IMG/VR virus record: IMGVR_UViG_3300043219_000566 | Coordinates: 152,502 to 216,501 of that record | Reading direction: 5' to 3' (one strand) | DNA: 64,000 nucleotides | Shown here: positions 46,030 to 55,137 of the stretch, in pieces | How positions within the stretch are numbered: the first letter of the stretch is position 1 | Layout of the letters: each line of letters starts with the position of its first letter | The notes under the pieces: generated by a model | Told to the model about the DNA's origin: nothing | Seen by the model: only the letters and a program-made list of their open reading frames with translations | The model's database searches: none | Made by a program: the position numbers and the translations under genes

Positions 46030-47060
46030 AGCCCGTTCTCCTTGATGTGCCGATCCAGCGCTGCCAGCAACTGTTCGCGGCTGACCGCGTTCGTATCGTG
46101 GTGCTGCACCGCCTCGGCAGCAGCAACATTGGCGAGCAACGCCGCGTCCGGAGACGATAACCCGCAGGCACAAGCCCAGGCGTAGGTCGCCAGCACGGTA
46201 TCACCCGCGCCGGTGACATTGTACACCTCGCGCGCAAACCGCGGCAGGCAGAGCTGCTCAGCTAGATCATCGTAGACCAGCGTCATGCCGTCCCGCCCAC
46301 GAGTGATAAGCAGCTCATCGATACCCAGAGTCTTAGCAAACTCCCGCGGAGCAACAACCTTACCGGCGTCGTCCAGCTGCCCGCCCATGCGCTCGAACTC
46401 GCGCAAATTGGGCTTCAGCGTAGTGTGGCTGCCGACGTTGGCGCGGTACATGGGTAGCGATTCAGGCTTGCACTCCAGGTAGCAGCGCGCGCGGGACGCG
46501 CGGATGGGCTCCAGCACGTCTTCGGCTATCGTGCCCTTGTCGTAATCAGCCACCACGATGCCGCAGACCATGGAATTGGACAGCGCTGTACGCAGCTCCT
46601 GACACAGGCGATTACGACTTCTCTTGTCGCCGCGGCAGTCTGCGGCAAGAGTAACCGACTCGTCGACCCGCAGCAGCTGCTGCTGATGCTCGGCGATGTA
46701 CCGCGTCTTCCGCTCGGTTCGCAAAGCCGGGAAAGTTACTAGCTGAGCACTGCAGCAGCCAGAAAAGTACGCGGTCAGAAAAGCCCCGTCTTCGTCGCTA
46801 CCCACCCGGCCAACGAGAGCGACCAACGCACCTAACTTCATCAAGTTGTGGGCAACGTTAGCCGCCCCGCCAGGGCACAGGCGAGTACAAGACTGTTGTA
46901 AAACAGGCACCGGGGCTTCGGGCGAGATACGCTTCACCTCGCCGTAAACGTAGCAATCGACCATCACGTCGCCGATAACGACGAAGCGCGGAGCCACGCT
47001 AGAAACCTGACGCAAGTTCTTCGCCGCCGAAACGAGGAATCGTTTGGTGTCGTCGTTCAT
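46026..47060 (-). CDS. HldE/RfaE kinase domain-like (heptose-7-phosphate kinase, PfkB family), stand-alone
   Basis: VIGDVMVDCYVYGEVKRISPEAPVPV, GGAANVA, LLRVD, DYDKG, KPNLREF, NVTGAGDTV. Confidence 0.9.
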   Translation of the reverse strand: MNDDTKRFLVSAAKNLRQVSSVAPRFVVIGDVMVDCYVYGEVKRISPEAPVPVLQQSCTRLCPGGAANVAHNLMKLGALVALVGRVGSDEDGAFLTAYFSGCCSAQLVTFPALRTERKTRYIAEHQQQLLRVDESVTLAADCRGDKRSRNRLCQELRTALSNSMVCGIVVADYDKGTIAEDVLEPIRASRARCYLECKPESLPMYRANVGSHTTLKPNLREFERMGGQLDDAGKVVAPREFAKTLGIDELLITRGRDGMTLVYDDLAEQLCLPRFAREVYNVTGAGDTVLATYAWACACGLSSPDAALLANVAAAEAVQHHDTNAVSREQLLAALDRHIKENGL

Positions 47061-47069
47061 GCTCGCAGT

Positions 47070-47510
47070 CTACCGAACCACGGAAATGATTTCGACATCG
47101 AGGTTCTGCACGCCCCACTCCAGCGCTTCTTGGTGCGTAGGAAACATCACGTCCAGCTGCCTGTCGGACAACGGCCCGCGGTCTTGCACTTCCGCCTCTC
47201 CATAACCAGGGATAATGACGCGCGTACCGAAAGGCAGTGCTCTGGCCGCCACGATTCGGCCGTCATTGTGCGTCACCAGCCTGCCAGAGGCCGTATGTCC
47301 GTCAGACCAGCGCCCGCAACACTTCACGCACGGACAATACGCAGTTACTCTGGCGACGCGCTGCTCGCGGATCGCTTCAAGCTGCTCGGACGCCCGCTCC
47401 GGCAGCAACCAGAGAGCCAGTCCCCACCCAAATCCTCCACCCAAAAAGAAAGCCGCCGCTGCTAGCAAAACAGCTGAAAATAGACTTACTGACCATCTCA
47501 TCATCCTCAT
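47070..47510 (-). CDS. 3D-domain cell-wall hydrolase-like protein with N-terminal membrane anchor
   Basis: VTAYC, TASG, LPFGTRVIIPGYG, QDRG, LDV. Confidence 0.85.
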   Translation of the reverse strand: MRMMRWSVSLFSAVLLAAAAFFLGGGFGWGLALWLLPERASEQLEAIREQRVARVTAYCPCVKCCGRWSDGHTASGRLVTHNDGRIVAARALPFGTRVIIPGYGEAEVQDRGPLSDRQLDVMFPTHQEALEWGVQNLDVEIISVVR

Positions 47511-47623
47511 CGTCGTGCTCCATGTAACCAATCCCGTTACCGAACGTTAACCAGCCCGCCCTTGCCGCTGTCGAGATGCTTGACGATCGTTTCGATCAAG
47601 CCCTTGTCCTGCAGCGCAACTGC

Positions 47624-48016
47624 CTAGCGAGAGAAGTGCTTCCAAAGCCGCGCCCAATCGATCCTGGTCGGTTTCTGGACCCCCCAGATAGTGAATGCCG
47701 CCCGCCGCTCTAACTGCACGATGTCGCCGCGCTCCCGCAGAGCCTGGAACATCGACTCGGGCAACTTGCATTTTCGCTCATCACGCCGCAACTCACAGCG
47801 CGGCGGCCGATTGTGGCTACGCACGCGATTGGCCTGCTTGCGCCCATGGTGGAAATAAATGACCCACCCAGCTCGCAACCGCACCAGCACATCGCGCTGC
47901 ACCGAAGTCATCTCGCCCACAGGGTCCGGTGATTTCCGGCGCAGCGCGACCTGTATCCAGACCGGCAAGCGCTCACTCGGTTCGTTCGACGCTGTCCTTG
48001 GTCGTGAAGACGCCAC
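47624..48016 (-). CDS. Hypothetical protein
   Basis: Co-directional ORF filling the gap; start uncertain. Confidence 0.45.
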   Translation of the reverse strand: MASSRPRTASNEPSERLPVWIQVALRRKSPDPVGEMTSVQRDVLVRLRAGWVIYFHHGRKQANRVRSHNRPPRCELRRDERKCKLPESMFQALRERGDIVQLERRAAFTIWGVQKPTRIDWARLWKHFSR

Positions 48017-48587
48017 TGGGATACCGCTTTCGTAGCTTCTCGATGTTCATCTCCAGCACCGCGCTCAGCTTCATGGAGCAAGCGCTGGCCGCCAAACACT
48101 GCACTTCGTGGATAATGCTCCGGAGCGCCTTCTCGATCTTCTTGCTGTACTCCTCAGTCAAATCGTGCCCGTGGTAGACCACCCACTTCAGCAGCCCAGC
48201 CACCACCTCGACTTTCTCGCAGAGCCTGTAGAAACTGTACTGAATCTTCGAGTTGTCCGCGCTTAGCGCATTAACGAACGTTATGGCGCTAGTATTGGTC
48301 CGCCCGCTCGGCTCGCCACAGATCTCCGCCAGACTAAGATCCAGCGCACCAGCTATCCCGGCACTGTACCAGGTCAGGTCACCCAGCTCCTTGGCGATCT
48401 CCAGCTCTCGGTCCTTGCAGTGAGGCGCTGCGAGAAACTTGTACTCATTCCCCTTCGGAAACAGCCAAGTCGACAGCTCCAACGCCTCGCAGGCCAGCCC
48501 CATCCCGCACGTGCCCAGCCGCTCCAACAACGTCAATTCGGGGTTCAGCGTAGCTACGGCTTTAGGTTGATACTCGTTCAACGTCAT
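47973..48587 (-). CDS. MazG-like NTP pyrophosphohydrolase (internally duplicated)
   Basis: LNEYQ, GLACEALE, KELGDLTWY, NIEKLRKRYP.G.F. Confidence 0.85.
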   Translation of the reverse strand: MTLNEYQPKAVATLNPELTLLERLGTCGMGLACEALELSTWLFPKGNEYKFLAAPHCKDRELEIAKELGDLTWYSAGIAGALDLSLAEICGEPSGRTNTSAITFVNALSADNSKIQYSFYRLCEKVEVVAGLLKWVVYHGHDLTEEYSKKIEKALRSIIHEVQCLAASACSMKLSAVLEMNIEKLRKRYPSGVFTTKDSVERTE

Positions 48588-48709
48588 TGAGCCAACTCCT
48601 TCTTCAATGTGAAACGCACAGGCCGGTGTAGCCCGGCCTCGATCTCCAGCTGCAACTCACACGGAAATCATCTTCTTCTCCTGTTTCAATTGTTCAAGCC
48701 CCGCGCCCA

Positions 48710-48985
48710 TCAGACGCGAACGACCTGACTATCATCGGTAACGGCATCGGTGGGAACGATGCACCAAAGGCAACCGGGGCCGTTGCCTTCTGGATCACAC
48801 GACGGCACCACGACCGGCTTGAACGTGTCGTTCTCGGTCAACTCAGCAGGACGCGTAACCAACACAATGGGAGCGCCGTTTACTCCAAAAGGATACCCGA
48901 ACCCGCAGTGCTTTGCTTCTCTCTCCGTCATCGGACGCACGTCCACGATGACGTTGCCGACTAGAGGATGTTTGCCTTCACCCAT
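48710..48985 (-). CDS. Hypothetical protein
   Basis: AGGAG RBS; DVRPMT..EA...SCDPEGNGPG. Confidence 0.6.
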   Translation of the reverse strand: MGEGKHPLVGNVIVDVRPMTEREAKHCGFGYPFGVNGAPIVLVTRPAELTENDTFKPVVVPSCDPEGNGPGCLWCIVPTDAVTDDSQVVRV

Positions 48986-49071
48986 ATCGTTACTCCTGAC
49001 GCCGGATCTTGCCCCCAGCCTCCGGAGGCTTGATGCAGCCGTTATCGCTCCGTGTGAAATCATCCATTAGC

Positions 49072-49674
49072 TTACTCCAGTTGCTCAGGCTCATCGCGGA
49101 ACAAGCGCACTAGCTCCGCGGAAGCCACGATCTCCAGTTCCTCTGCCGTGCACACCAGCGCCATATCGTTCTGGAAAATACCGTCGTTAGTCATCCACGC
49201 CAGCGCGTAAGTGTAGTAGGGCTCCACGCCCTTCTGTTTGTCAGCGTAAGCTGCATTCAACAGAACGTCGACCACCGTCATGCGCAACCGCGCCGCCTGC
49301 TCAGACGTCACGTCCTGCGAAGCACTCACCACCTGCCCCAAGATGTAATGCGGTGCAGGCAGCATACCGCGCGCCGACTCAAACTCGGGCAGCTGGGAAG
49401 AGATCGGCACGCAGCCGTTGTCGTATACGTAGCCAAGCTTGTACTCCTGGCTCCGGGGCGACGGCAGCATCCGCACGTAGCGCAACGGACCCGCAGAATC
49501 GCAGCACATTCCAGAGATGTTCTCCAGAGTAACTAAGTCGATCCCCGCGAAGTCCTCGCGGTTAATCGGCCCTTCCAGACACAGGCACACGTGCTTCGTC
49601 ATCAGATCCAAGAACAGATCGCCTCCCAGAATCGTCTGACGGAGCGACGTACCCACGTCGTATGTGTTTGCCAT
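49072..49674 (-). CDS. Hypothetical protein
   Basis: AAGGAGG RBS + ATG. Confidence 0.65.
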   Translation of the reverse strand: MANTYDVGTSLRQTILGGDLFLDLMTKHVCLCLEGPINREDFAGIDLVTLENISGMCCDSAGPLRYVRMLPSPRSQEYKLGYVYDNGCVPISSQLPEFESARGMLPAPHYILGQVVSASQDVTSEQAARLRMTVVDVLLNAAYADKQKGVEPYYTYALAWMTNDGIFQNDMALVCTAEELEIVASAELVRLFRDEPEQLE

Positions 49675-49927
49675 GCTCAGCCGCCTCCTTCAGCGCGTTC
49701 GAGAACAAATCGAAGTCCGGGCCAGATGCGCCCATCAGCGACGCAACCTTGGACAGGAACAGCACGTTGACGGGGTGTTGCCGGTACTCATCTTCCGATT
49801 CAACCGAGCCGCGTACCGCTGAAATATGCAAAGCCCACGAGTTCAGAACTCCAGCTAGGTTGCTGGCGTCCTGAACCATGATAGCGTCCGCATAGGCGCG
49901 TTGCAGCTCCTGTGTAACTTCACCCAC
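49562..49927 (-). CDS. Hypothetical protein
   Basis: AAGGAGG RBS + GTG. Confidence 0.55.
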   Translation of the reverse strand: MGEVTQELQRAYADAIMVQDASNLAGVLNSWALHISAVRGSVESEDEYRQHPVNVLFLSKVASLMGASGPDFDLFSNALKEAAEHGKHIRRGYVAPSDDSGRRSVLGSDDEARVPVSGRAD

Positions 49928-49940
49928 GATCGGCCTCCTT

Positions 49941-50414
49941 TCATGCTACCGCTTTCTGTTTGAGCTTGCGGCAGCGTACGACATCGTTGCTGAAATACGT
50001 GCCCCCCTGCTCCTGGGCCAGGTGGATGCCCCACCACTCGTTGCCCGTGAAGTCTGTGAACCAGATATCGCGGCGCGAGCAGCAGTACCAATTGTGCCCA
50101 CCACCCTTGTGAGACTTGACAAAGCACCGGATCTTGAACGATTCAGCGCCGTCGGTAACGAACCACTGGTAACCAGGCATTAGCAAAGACGGCTTAGGCG
50201 GGAACACGGTCCAGTGGCTGCGCGCGCATGAGGCCCGCCAACGAGCTAAGCGCTCGCGATACTTGGCCGCGAGCTGAGCGCAACACAACCGCTCAGCCTC
50301 GTAGTTACCCAGCCGAGCGGCAATCAGCTGCAGCGTAGCCGACGGCAGAACCATGCGTTTCACCAGGTACAACACGGTCTTGTCCTGCTTGAGCATCCAG
50401 TCAGGGATCTTCAT
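49941..50414 (-). CDS. Hypothetical protein
   Basis: ATG at 50414 with purine-rich RBS. Confidence 0.55.
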   Translation of the reverse strand: MKIPDWMLKQDKTVLYLVKRMVLPSATLQLIAARLGNYEAERLCCAQLAAKYRERLARWRASCARSHWTVFPPKPSLLMPGYQWFVTDGAESFKIRCFVKSHKGGGHNWYCCSRRDIWFTDFTGNEWWGIHLAQEQGGTYFSNDVVRCRKLKQKAVA

Positions 50415-50727
50415 CGGAGCCCCTCTCCGACTGATTGTCCATACTTCTCCTCGCATGCCGCGCGATAAGCGTAGTCGGAGTGACCTCCACTTCACGCGCG
50501 GCGATAATGGGATCGGATACGTAAATACGGGACACGTCCGGGAGCAAGCGGAGGAGGCGTTCAGCGCGGATGACAATAGCACGATGCGGAATACCAGCCT
50601 CGTCCGCGGTGCTAATCACGCGAGCAAACGGACCCCACATTACAGTAAGCCCGCCCAACACTAATACGCGATCGCCCACCCTGATCACCTGCCCTCGCCG
50701 GTCCAGCGCGGGAGGTTCACGATTCAT
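50401..50727 (-). CDS. Hypothetical protein with KOW/SH3-like start
   Basis: IRVGDRVLVLGG. Confidence 0.5.
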   Translation of the reverse strand: MNREPPALDRRGQVIRVGDRVLVLGGLTVMWGPFARVISTADEAGIPHRAIVIRAERLLRLLPDVSRIYVSDPIIAAREVEVTPTTLIARHARRSMDNQSERGSDEDP

Positions 50728-50736
50728 GAATTGTTC

Positions 50737-51090
50737 CTATGGTCCAGGGCCGGGAATTCCAGAGCTAGCCAGCTTGGCCCAGGCAGAAATGATAGCGGCG
50801 ACAACGGAGAACAGCCCGGCCACCACGCAGACAATGACCATGATTACCAACACCCGTTTGGAGCGCCGGTCCTCGCGATCCTGCGTAGTGCCGCTCGCAA
50901 TCCGCTTAGACAGCTCCTGAACGACCCGGTCGCAGTTCTCCCGACAATTTCGAGCCTCGGAGCCCATTACCTCCTGCGTCGTATGCGTATCGTTATGCTC
51001 TGTACGCAGAAGCTCGACCTGGTCACTAAGGCGTTCTAACTCGGTTAGAACGTGCTTACTCCACTCCGCCCATCCGTCTTCACCAGCCAC
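50737..51090 (-). CDS. Coiled-coil membrane protein (holin/hemolysin-like topology)
   Basis: WAEWSKHVLTELERL coiled coil + C-terminal TM helix. Confidence 0.55.
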   Translation of the reverse strand: MAGEDGWAEWSKHVLTELERLSDQVELLRTEHNDTHTTQEVMGSEARNCRENCDRVVQELSKRIASGTTQDREDRRSKRVLVIMVIVCVVAGLFSVVAAIISAWAKLASSGIPGPGP

Positions 51091-51129
51091 GACCGCGCTC
51101 CTAGCTCAACAACTCTTCGGCGCGCGACG

Positions 51130-51612
51130 CTACTCAGGCCACTCGGGGGCGCGCGGAACTGTAATTCCGACATACCAGCAATCCTCAACGAAACATCCCG
51201 CGTGCTTGACCTCCGGCTCGATCACCACGCCCATGCCTGGCAGCAGCCGCTGGTCCTCGTGGCCGTCCCGTTTGAGTATCATCGATCCGGCGTAGATGAT
51301 CAGCCACTCACGCTGGGAATGCGTATGGACCGGGAACTCGGTACCGGCCGAACTAAACCAGCGCGCGCACGAGACTTCGTCCTGCGACAGCAAATTCCAC
51401 GACAGACTGGTGCCCTTGCTCATGACGTGCTGTTTGAGCCCATCGACATCGGGACCGGTGGTTTCCGGGAAATGAGGCAAACAGTCCGTCATGACCCGCA
51501 GCCGCTTCAGCGACTCGGGACGTGCCGAACAACTGCCGCGCTCCTCAGTTTCGCCAACAGGGCGGCAAGTTTCCCCAGTCTGGCACTCTCCGTCGTTGCA
51601 GGATCGTTTCAT
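51130..51612 (-). CDS. Cupin-fold protein
   Basis: GTEFPVHTHSQREWLIIYAG...PEVKH. Confidence 0.75.
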   Translation of the reverse strand: MKRSCNDGECQTGETCRPVGETEERGSCSARPESLKRLRVMTDCLPHFPETTGPDVDGLKQHVMSKGTSLSWNLLSQDEVSCARWFSSAGTEFPVHTHSQREWLIIYAGSMILKRDGHEDQRLLPGMGVVIEPEVKHAGCFVEDCWYVGITVPRAPEWPE

Positions 51613-51913
51613 CGTCGTTCTCCAACGGCACCGCAGAATCAGCAAAAATCCGCCCGGTCACCAGCGAGGTTTGATCAACGTCGGTATTGAAAACGATATC
51701 GAAGCCAAGGGAATTAGCTTCACCGCTCACTTCGACAGACGCTACACGCGCGTCACGAGACACTCTGCCCGCGACCTCCTTGGCCACCTGCAGACTCAAA
51801 CCAGGGTCCTGCACGTTCGCAAATACGCCGGTGCAGCCACGCGAGATCGCTTCGCTCGCGCATTCTAGCAACACAGCGGTTAACTGACATTTTGGACACG
51901 GATCGTCTGCCAT
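51545..51913 (-). CDS. Hypothetical protein
   Basis: GGAG RBS; CPKC. Confidence 0.5.
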   Translation of the reverse strand: MADDPCPKCQLTAVLLECASEAISRGCTGVFANVQDPGLSLQVAKEVAGRVSRDARVASVEVSGEANSLGFDIVFNTDVDQTSLVTGRIFADSAVPLENDDETILQRRRVPDWGNLPPCWRN

Positions 51914-51953
51914 GATGCTCTCCATTCTAAAACAGTGCGCCGAGACTAAGCAA

Positions 51954-52193
51954 CTACGACACCGCGTCAAGTTTCCCAGCTTCAGTTTCGTAAGGGCAGT
52001 CAGAGCACGGATCGCCTCGACAACGCCGCTCCTGCTCGTCCCAGCGTTTTCGATTTATCGCGCAGCAAATCGGGCAGCGGCGCGCGTATCGATCAAAGTA
52101 CTTGCTGCTTTCCGTAACCGGCAGCTTAGTCGCACCGCACATCGGTGCACCACCTGAACTACGCGCAAGGTGAAGATAATCCTCCACAAGCAC
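51954..52193 (-). CDS. Small Cys-rich hypothetical protein
   Basis: H...MCG...CPIC; GAGGA RBS. Confidence 0.45.
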   Translation of the reverse strand: MLVEDYLHLARSSGGAPMCGATKLPVTESSKYFDRYARRCPICCAINRKRWDEQERRCRGDPCSDCPYETEAGKLDAVS

Positions 52194-52351
52194 ATCCTCG
52201 TCAACAAGGTGTTTACCCCCGCCGCCTATCAGCCAAGCGGTAGGCTAGCACGATCTCTTCAGACACGGTCAGACGAAATACTCCTGCAGAGTACAAGCAA
52301 CCGATGCCCTCGAACAAATCAGAGGGCACGCCGCCCCACTCCAACAGCAAA

Positions 52352-52720
52352 TCAGCTCCCATGCTCAGCCCTCCAAGATCCCACGATCTGCATCGTCACG
52401 CTGGCCAGCACGCTGCACACGCGGCGACAAACAGCCTCGCGAGTGGGGTACCTCTCCTCGCCCTCGAATAGACCGAATATCGAAGGTGCAATACACACGA
52501 TCTCGAACAGGTAGTCACTCCGCGAGAACGCAGGTTTGGCCTGAATGATCGAAAGCGTACCGACCGAGCTGGACGCCAAAAGCTGGTACGGCCCCAGCGG
52601 AGTAAACGAAAACTTGCTAGCGACTCCGCTTAGCTTTTCCACGTCGACCCACAGCGGGTGTTCCCGTATTTCCAGCTCCAGCCCGCCCGCCGCCTGGAGC
52701 ATCTTCAGCAGCTTTTTCAT
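52352..52720 (-). CDS. Hypothetical protein
   Basis: AAGGAG RBS + ATG. Confidence 0.6.
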   Translation of the reverse strand: MKKLLKMLQAAGGLELEIREHPLWVDVEKLSGVASKFSFTPLGPYQLLASSSVGTLSIIQAKPAFSRSDYLFEIVCIAPSIFGLFEGEERYPTREAVCRRVCSVLASVTMQIVGSWRAEHGS

Positions 52721-53513
52721 GGTCGGGCTCCTTCAGCCACGCGGGGATCTCGGTCAGCACCCAGCCACTACGCTCGTCGTCAGAGTACCTGGGCTTGTAC
52801 TGCGGCGGATTCGCATCCGGCGTAAACACCGCCATCAGAGCATTGGCCCGCGCCACCCGACCGTAGCTAGCCCACGCCGGAGTACCGACGCGCTGCCAGG
52901 CGTAACGCAGCGACAACAGGTGGCACAGAACTTGTGTGCTGGGCCGATAGCCCAAGTCGCACAGCTCCCAGCTGTCCGAGCCAAACAGCTCGGGCATCTC
53001 GTTCAACATGGTTCCGCAGCTGTGCGGATCGTCGCACTCGGATCGCAGCCAGGCTTTCATCAACGACACCACGTTGTGGACGGAAACACCGCGCTCGCGC
53101 TCGATAAGCTTTCCGGCCCACTCAGCGGGATTCTGGTCCTCCGGCACGTTCTCCATCAGGTGCTGCCACAATCTCTCGGCCATCAGCTCCGAGTCCCACT
53201 CCCGGCCGCCACGCCCAGTATCGCTAGCAAGACACTTCTCGGCGAAGTAGCCCATGCCGAGCCCGGCTAGCCACTGGAAACTGATGACATCGGACCAGCG
53301 GTAGACCGCGTCACCCAGGTCACCGTAGACCATGAGCGTGCTGTGCCGGATAACGAAGCAGCAACAGTTGATGGTGCTCTTGGGGTTGCGCCAGTCCAGC
53401 ATGAACAACACGGTGCCGTCCGGATTGACCATCTTCCGGAAGCGGGCTTCGTGTCCGTTCTGCTGCTCGGCCAGATTGTTACAGTCATCTTTGTGACGTT
53501 GCAGAGCGGACAT
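52617..53513 (-). CDS. Hypothetical phage protein
   Basis: LMVYGDLGDAVYRW...YFAEK; GGAGG RBS. Confidence 0.65.
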   Translation of the reverse strand: MSALQRHKDDCNNLAEQQNGHEARFRKMVNPDGTVLFMLDWRNPKSTINCCCFVIRHSTLMVYGDLGDAVYRWSDVISFQWLAGLGMGYFAEKCLASDTGRGGREWDSELMAERLWQHLMENVPEDQNPAEWAGKLIERERGVSVHNVVSLMKAWLRSECDDPHSCGTMLNEMPELFGSDSWELCDLGYRPSTQVLCHLLSLRYAWQRVGTPAWASYGRVARANALMAVFTPDANPPQYKPRYSDDERSGWVLTEIPAWLKEPDHEKAAEDAPGGGRAGAGNTGTPAVGRRGKAKRSR

Positions 53514-54000
53514 AGATTTCCTCCGGGTTCCAGATGTTCCTCTTGTAAGAATCGGCCAGGACCTGCACCGGCGAAAGCTCGTTGCGCATCCAGTTCAGCG
53601 GAACTTCGGCCGAGATCAACGCAGTCTCCGAGTGTTTCGCACCGATACGCCAGTCGATCGAGCGCGCGTTGATTTCCAAGCGATCCCAGCCGACGCTACC
53701 AAAAGCATACTCGGGAATTGCCAGATTCCGCACAACCAAGATATCGCTGTTCGTAACCTCCTCGTAGACTTGCTCGCACTCGCTGCACCAGCCAAATATA
53801 GCCGGAGACCACTCGTAGTACGTCAGCTCACACAAGCCCCGATCCACGCCCCGTAAAGAGTTCAGCAGCGCGATGCGCGCAGCCATCCAGCCCACCAGCT
53901 CAGGCGAGAAATCGATCACCATCACGTCTTCGCCATCGTAGCCCTCGTAGTTCGCTGACAACCGCGCCAAGAGAGCGTACGGGTAGCGTCTCATTTCCAT
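53485..54000 (-). CDS. Hypothetical protein
   Basis: GAGGTGA RBS + ATG. Confidence 0.65.
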   Translation of the reverse strand: MEMRRYPYALLARLSANYEGYDGEDVMVIDFSPELVGWMAARIALLNSLRGVDRGLCELTYYEWSPAIFGWCSECEQVYEEVTNSDILVVRNLAIPEYAFGSVGWDRLEINARSIDWRIGAKHSETALISAEVPLNWMRNELSPVQVLADSYKRNIWNPEEIYVRSATSQR

Positions 54001-54012
54001 GGTTCACCTCGT

Positions 54013-54024
54013 GTAGCGCGCTAC
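54013..54024. repeat. 12-bp palindrome GTAGCGCGCTAC (overlaps TAG stop)
   Basis: Exact sequence. Confidence 0.9.
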
Positions 54025-55082
54025 GATACGCCCCTTGCGGCAGCTGCCATTGCTGAAAACTGACTCCAGAGCCTGCGGAGACGAACGGGCGTCTCAAGCG
54101 TAGAGGTGAATTGCCCTAGCTCGTGCAACGCCCGTTTGGCCCGTTCAACAACCTCCGTATGCGCGACATCCAGTTCATCGACGCCGAAGCGCTCCCGCAA
54201 ATCGTCAACAAGCTGCTTAGCAACTCCGAGCGCGCCGACCGGCTCGTCGATAAGCGTTTCCTGGCCCGTCACGCTCTTTATCCCCTCGGGAGTCGTAAGC
54301 AGCACGTCGACGATGGTAATACCGCAATGGTCCAGGTCCTCCAGCTCATCCCGCGTGCTGCAAATCGCTGTCTCCCAGTCGACCGCTTGAACGATGTGGT
54401 GCACGCATTGACGCGACTCGGCCCAGAACCCGATGACATGGAACTCCGACGTAAACTGGGGCTGCACCGCCCCGGGAGGAGCCGGAGCCTCCGCAGCTTG
54501 GGTCTGCTCCGCAGCCGGAGCCTGTGCGGCGGCCGCAGGCGTTCCCGTCGTCGGGAGCTGAGGCGGAGTCACCTGCACCACCTCGATAGCGTCGTTCTTG
54601 CCCACCCCTGGCGGCGGTGCCGCAGCAGCCTGATCTTTTTTGAACTCGTGGGGCATTTTGTTCCCTTTCTTCTCGTCGCAAGGCGCGCAAGCCAGGCACA
54701 AATTGTCGTACCCGTTCGAGCCGTCCTTGCTGAGTGGAATGATGTGGTCCAACCGAGCAGTCTCCAGCGTCAACAGCGCACCGCACCAGCTACATGCAGC
54801 CCGCTCACGCAGCAGCCTCCTCTTCTGGTTGCCGTAGCGCTTCTTGCGCTGAACAGTCGGGTTCTGCACCGCTGGTTCAAAAGCCAACTCGACCAGTGCT
54901 ACGATGCCGCCAGTAAACCGCTGACCTTTTCCAGTCCCGGCAATGTAGTACGTCGGACCACGGCGGCTGCGCGGATAGAAGTTCACCAGGTAGTCGCCAA
55001 TGACCTGCCAGTGACCTCCGCCGCAGTCCTTCACCTTAGCTCCGGAAGCCTGCGCGGTTTCCCTCAGATCGCTGAATTTCAT
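54021..55082 (-). CDS. HNH endonuclease domain protein with Pro/Ala linker and extra C-terminal domain
   Basis: CSWCG...LDHIIPLSKDGSNGYDNLCLACAPCDEKKGN. Confidence 0.85.
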   Translation of the reverse strand: MKFSDLRETAQASGAKVKDCGGGHWQVIGDYLVNFYPRSRRGPTYYIAGTGKGQRFTGGIVALVELAFEPAVQNPTVQRKKRYGNQKRRLLRERAACSWCGALLTLETARLDHIIPLSKDGSNGYDNLCLACAPCDEKKGNKMPHEFKKDQAAAAPPPGVGKNDAIEVVQVTPPQLPTTGTPAAAAQAPAAEQTQAAEAPAPPGAVQPQFTSEFHVIGFWAESRQCVHHIVQAVDWETAICSTRDELEDLDHCGITIVDVLLTTPEGIKSVTGQETLIDEPVGALGVAKQLVDDLRERFGVDELDVAHTEVVERAKRALHELGQFTSTLETPVRLRRLWSQFSAMAAAARGVS

Positions 55083-55137
55083 ATTGCCTGCCTCCAGACG
55101 ATACACTGACGTCGAACACAGTTTATGGAGAACGATT

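Noticed and set aside
23791-47060. Cellular capsule/O-antigen locus
   Set aside because: No Wzx/Wzy/Wzz, ABC exporter or priming transferase; interspersed with phage-type small genes and colinear with portal, nrdJ and thyX
52194-52351. Structured ncRNA or tRNA in this intergenic gap (also 20424-20620, 48588-48709, 61300-61388)
   Set aside because: Only short hairpins; no cloverleaf, T-loop or riboswitch consensus recognisable by eye. An Infernal/tRNAscan run would be needed
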